This document shows positions 62,408 through 64,000 of a DNA stretch of 64,000 bases, in pieces (positions within the stretch are counted from its first letter, which is position 1; each line of letters starts with the position of its first letter). Location: contig OZ024743.1 in assembly GCA_964016885.1 (NCBI GenBank), positions 344,782,001-344,846,000 on the forward strand, given 5' to 3'. A model generated the notes under the pieces. It did no database searches, was not told the DNA's origin, and saw nothing but the letters and a program-made list of their open reading frames with translations. Both the position numbers and the translations under genes were made by a program. This DNA is from Eledone cirrhosa (taxonomy: Eukaryota).

Positions 62408-62730
62408 CAGAGGTTCTCAAAGTAGGCGCTACCGCCTCCCGTGGGGAGTTGAGAAGGTCCATGGGGGCGCTGTGTATTAAGGGGTCGCTAGAGATGATAT
62501 AATATTATATTAAATATCAAACGATACATCTATATAAATATAGTAAAATAATATATATTTATATATACATAGTATACATTATATAAATCATGTATAAATT
62601 AATGATTTTATGTATTATATATTACTTACAATTTGGGTGTAGGCAGGTCTCTCTGGAAACAGGAGTGGGGGCGGTGAGGGTATTAGGTGGCCGTAAGGGG
62701 ATGATGGCCCCAAAAGTTTGAGAACCTCTG
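62408..62730. mobile_element. hAT (Charlie-like) MITE
   Basis: TIRs CAGAGGTTCTCAAA / TTTGAGAACCTCTG; 8-bp TSD gtttaaca / gtctaaca (7 of 8 match). Confidence 0.88.
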
Positions 62731-63190
62731 GTCTAACACATCATCTCCTTTTGCACACGACAAGGTATTCACAGATTATGGTTGTGAAATGACCAGAGAG
62801 CGATGCGACTGAAAACATTACAGAATTACAAACATTCTATACGTTGTCTATTTCAGGCACTTGCAAAGTGGGACCTGCTGATAGATGTTGTGGGTTAGAG
62901 AAATAAGATGTTTTTAGTAAAATTTATTTAACCTTTTGTATATGAATAAATCTTCTCTTTTAAAACGAATTTTGTTTCATTTAATATGTTATTGATATTA
63001 GGTTTTCGAGAACCGTCCGTAAAATACTATTATGGGTTAACTGTATATTTTGGAGTATATCTATCTATAGAGACACATTAGTTTGTATGGATGTATAGAG
63101 ACACACTTACACACACACCAACCACACACACACACATAAAATATCATAAAATAAAAGTTAATGTGCATTTATATATACTTCTATATATAC

Positions 63191-63236
<46 letters not shown>

Positions 63237-63276
63237 ATACATATATATGTAAATATAAATATGTATATAAACTTCC

Positions 63277-63345
<69 letters not shown>

Positions 63346-63362
63346 TATATACATATATATAC

Positions 63363-63412
<50 letters not shown>

Positions 63413-63753
63413 GGGGGAGTTAAGTGTATACATATTCGTTTATATGCCATCATTCCTAAGACCCTGCAGCCAAGTCAGGAATAAATGGCAATAATAACTA
63501 GAGAGAAATAGAACAAAAAGAATCACCAACTACAACCACGGAATAAGAAATGCGTATATATAAAACTGCGTGTATGTTGAGGAGGCATTTTTGCAAAGAC
63601 GGTTAATAGTAGAAAATGGAATTAGCTTTTAAAGACTGTTTTTATGATGCAAATCTATAAAGTTTATTTTTGTAATTCCTAGATATAGAATACACATTCA
63701 TAATGGTCCTATAATGATTATAATGTCTAATATACTCATATATGTATGCATGT

Positions 63754-63816
<63 letters not shown>

Positions 63817-63819
63817 TAT

Positions 63820-63874
<55 letters not shown>

Positions 63875-63877
63875 TAT

Positions 63878-63942
<65 letters not shown>

Positions 63943-63945
63943 CAC

Positions 63946-63996
<51 letters not shown>

Positions 63997-64000
63997 CATA

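Overview
An AT-rich, microsatellite-saturated animal genomic window. The repeat style suggests a cephalopod (Octopus-like), which is inference only. No host protein-coding gene is recognisable, and most ORF-track entries are translations of (TA)n, (CA)n or (CAT/CAC)n repeats. The dominant feature is an ~19-kb head-to-tail array (24065-42925) of a young L1/Tx1-clade LINE: three full-length copies, one 5'-truncated copy and one sister-family 3' end, each ending in and preceded by (ATCT)n. Also present: a divergent Tx1 element whose 5' end abuts (ATT)n; two R4/Dong-like REL-endonuclease LINE fragments in (TAA)n; about 20 copies of a tRNA-type SINE; RTE remnants; two non-autonomous Helitrons; hAT and Tc1/mariner MITEs; and many (TA)n-flanked fold-back palindromes, several carrying minimal hammerhead ribozymes typical of Penelope-like elements. 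Three observations stand out. (1) The Tx1 ORF2 is bracketed exactly by a 5' splice donor overlapping the ORF1 stop and a candidate acceptor overlapping the ORF2 stop, so splicing would regenerate an identical ORF1-only mRNA; the donor is conserved in the divergent family. (2) The SINE 3' end matches the Tx1 3' stem-loop with a compensatory base pair, suggesting a SINE/Tx1 partnership. (3) Different element classes partition by microsatellite type. Coordinates were read by eye and may be off by a few bases.
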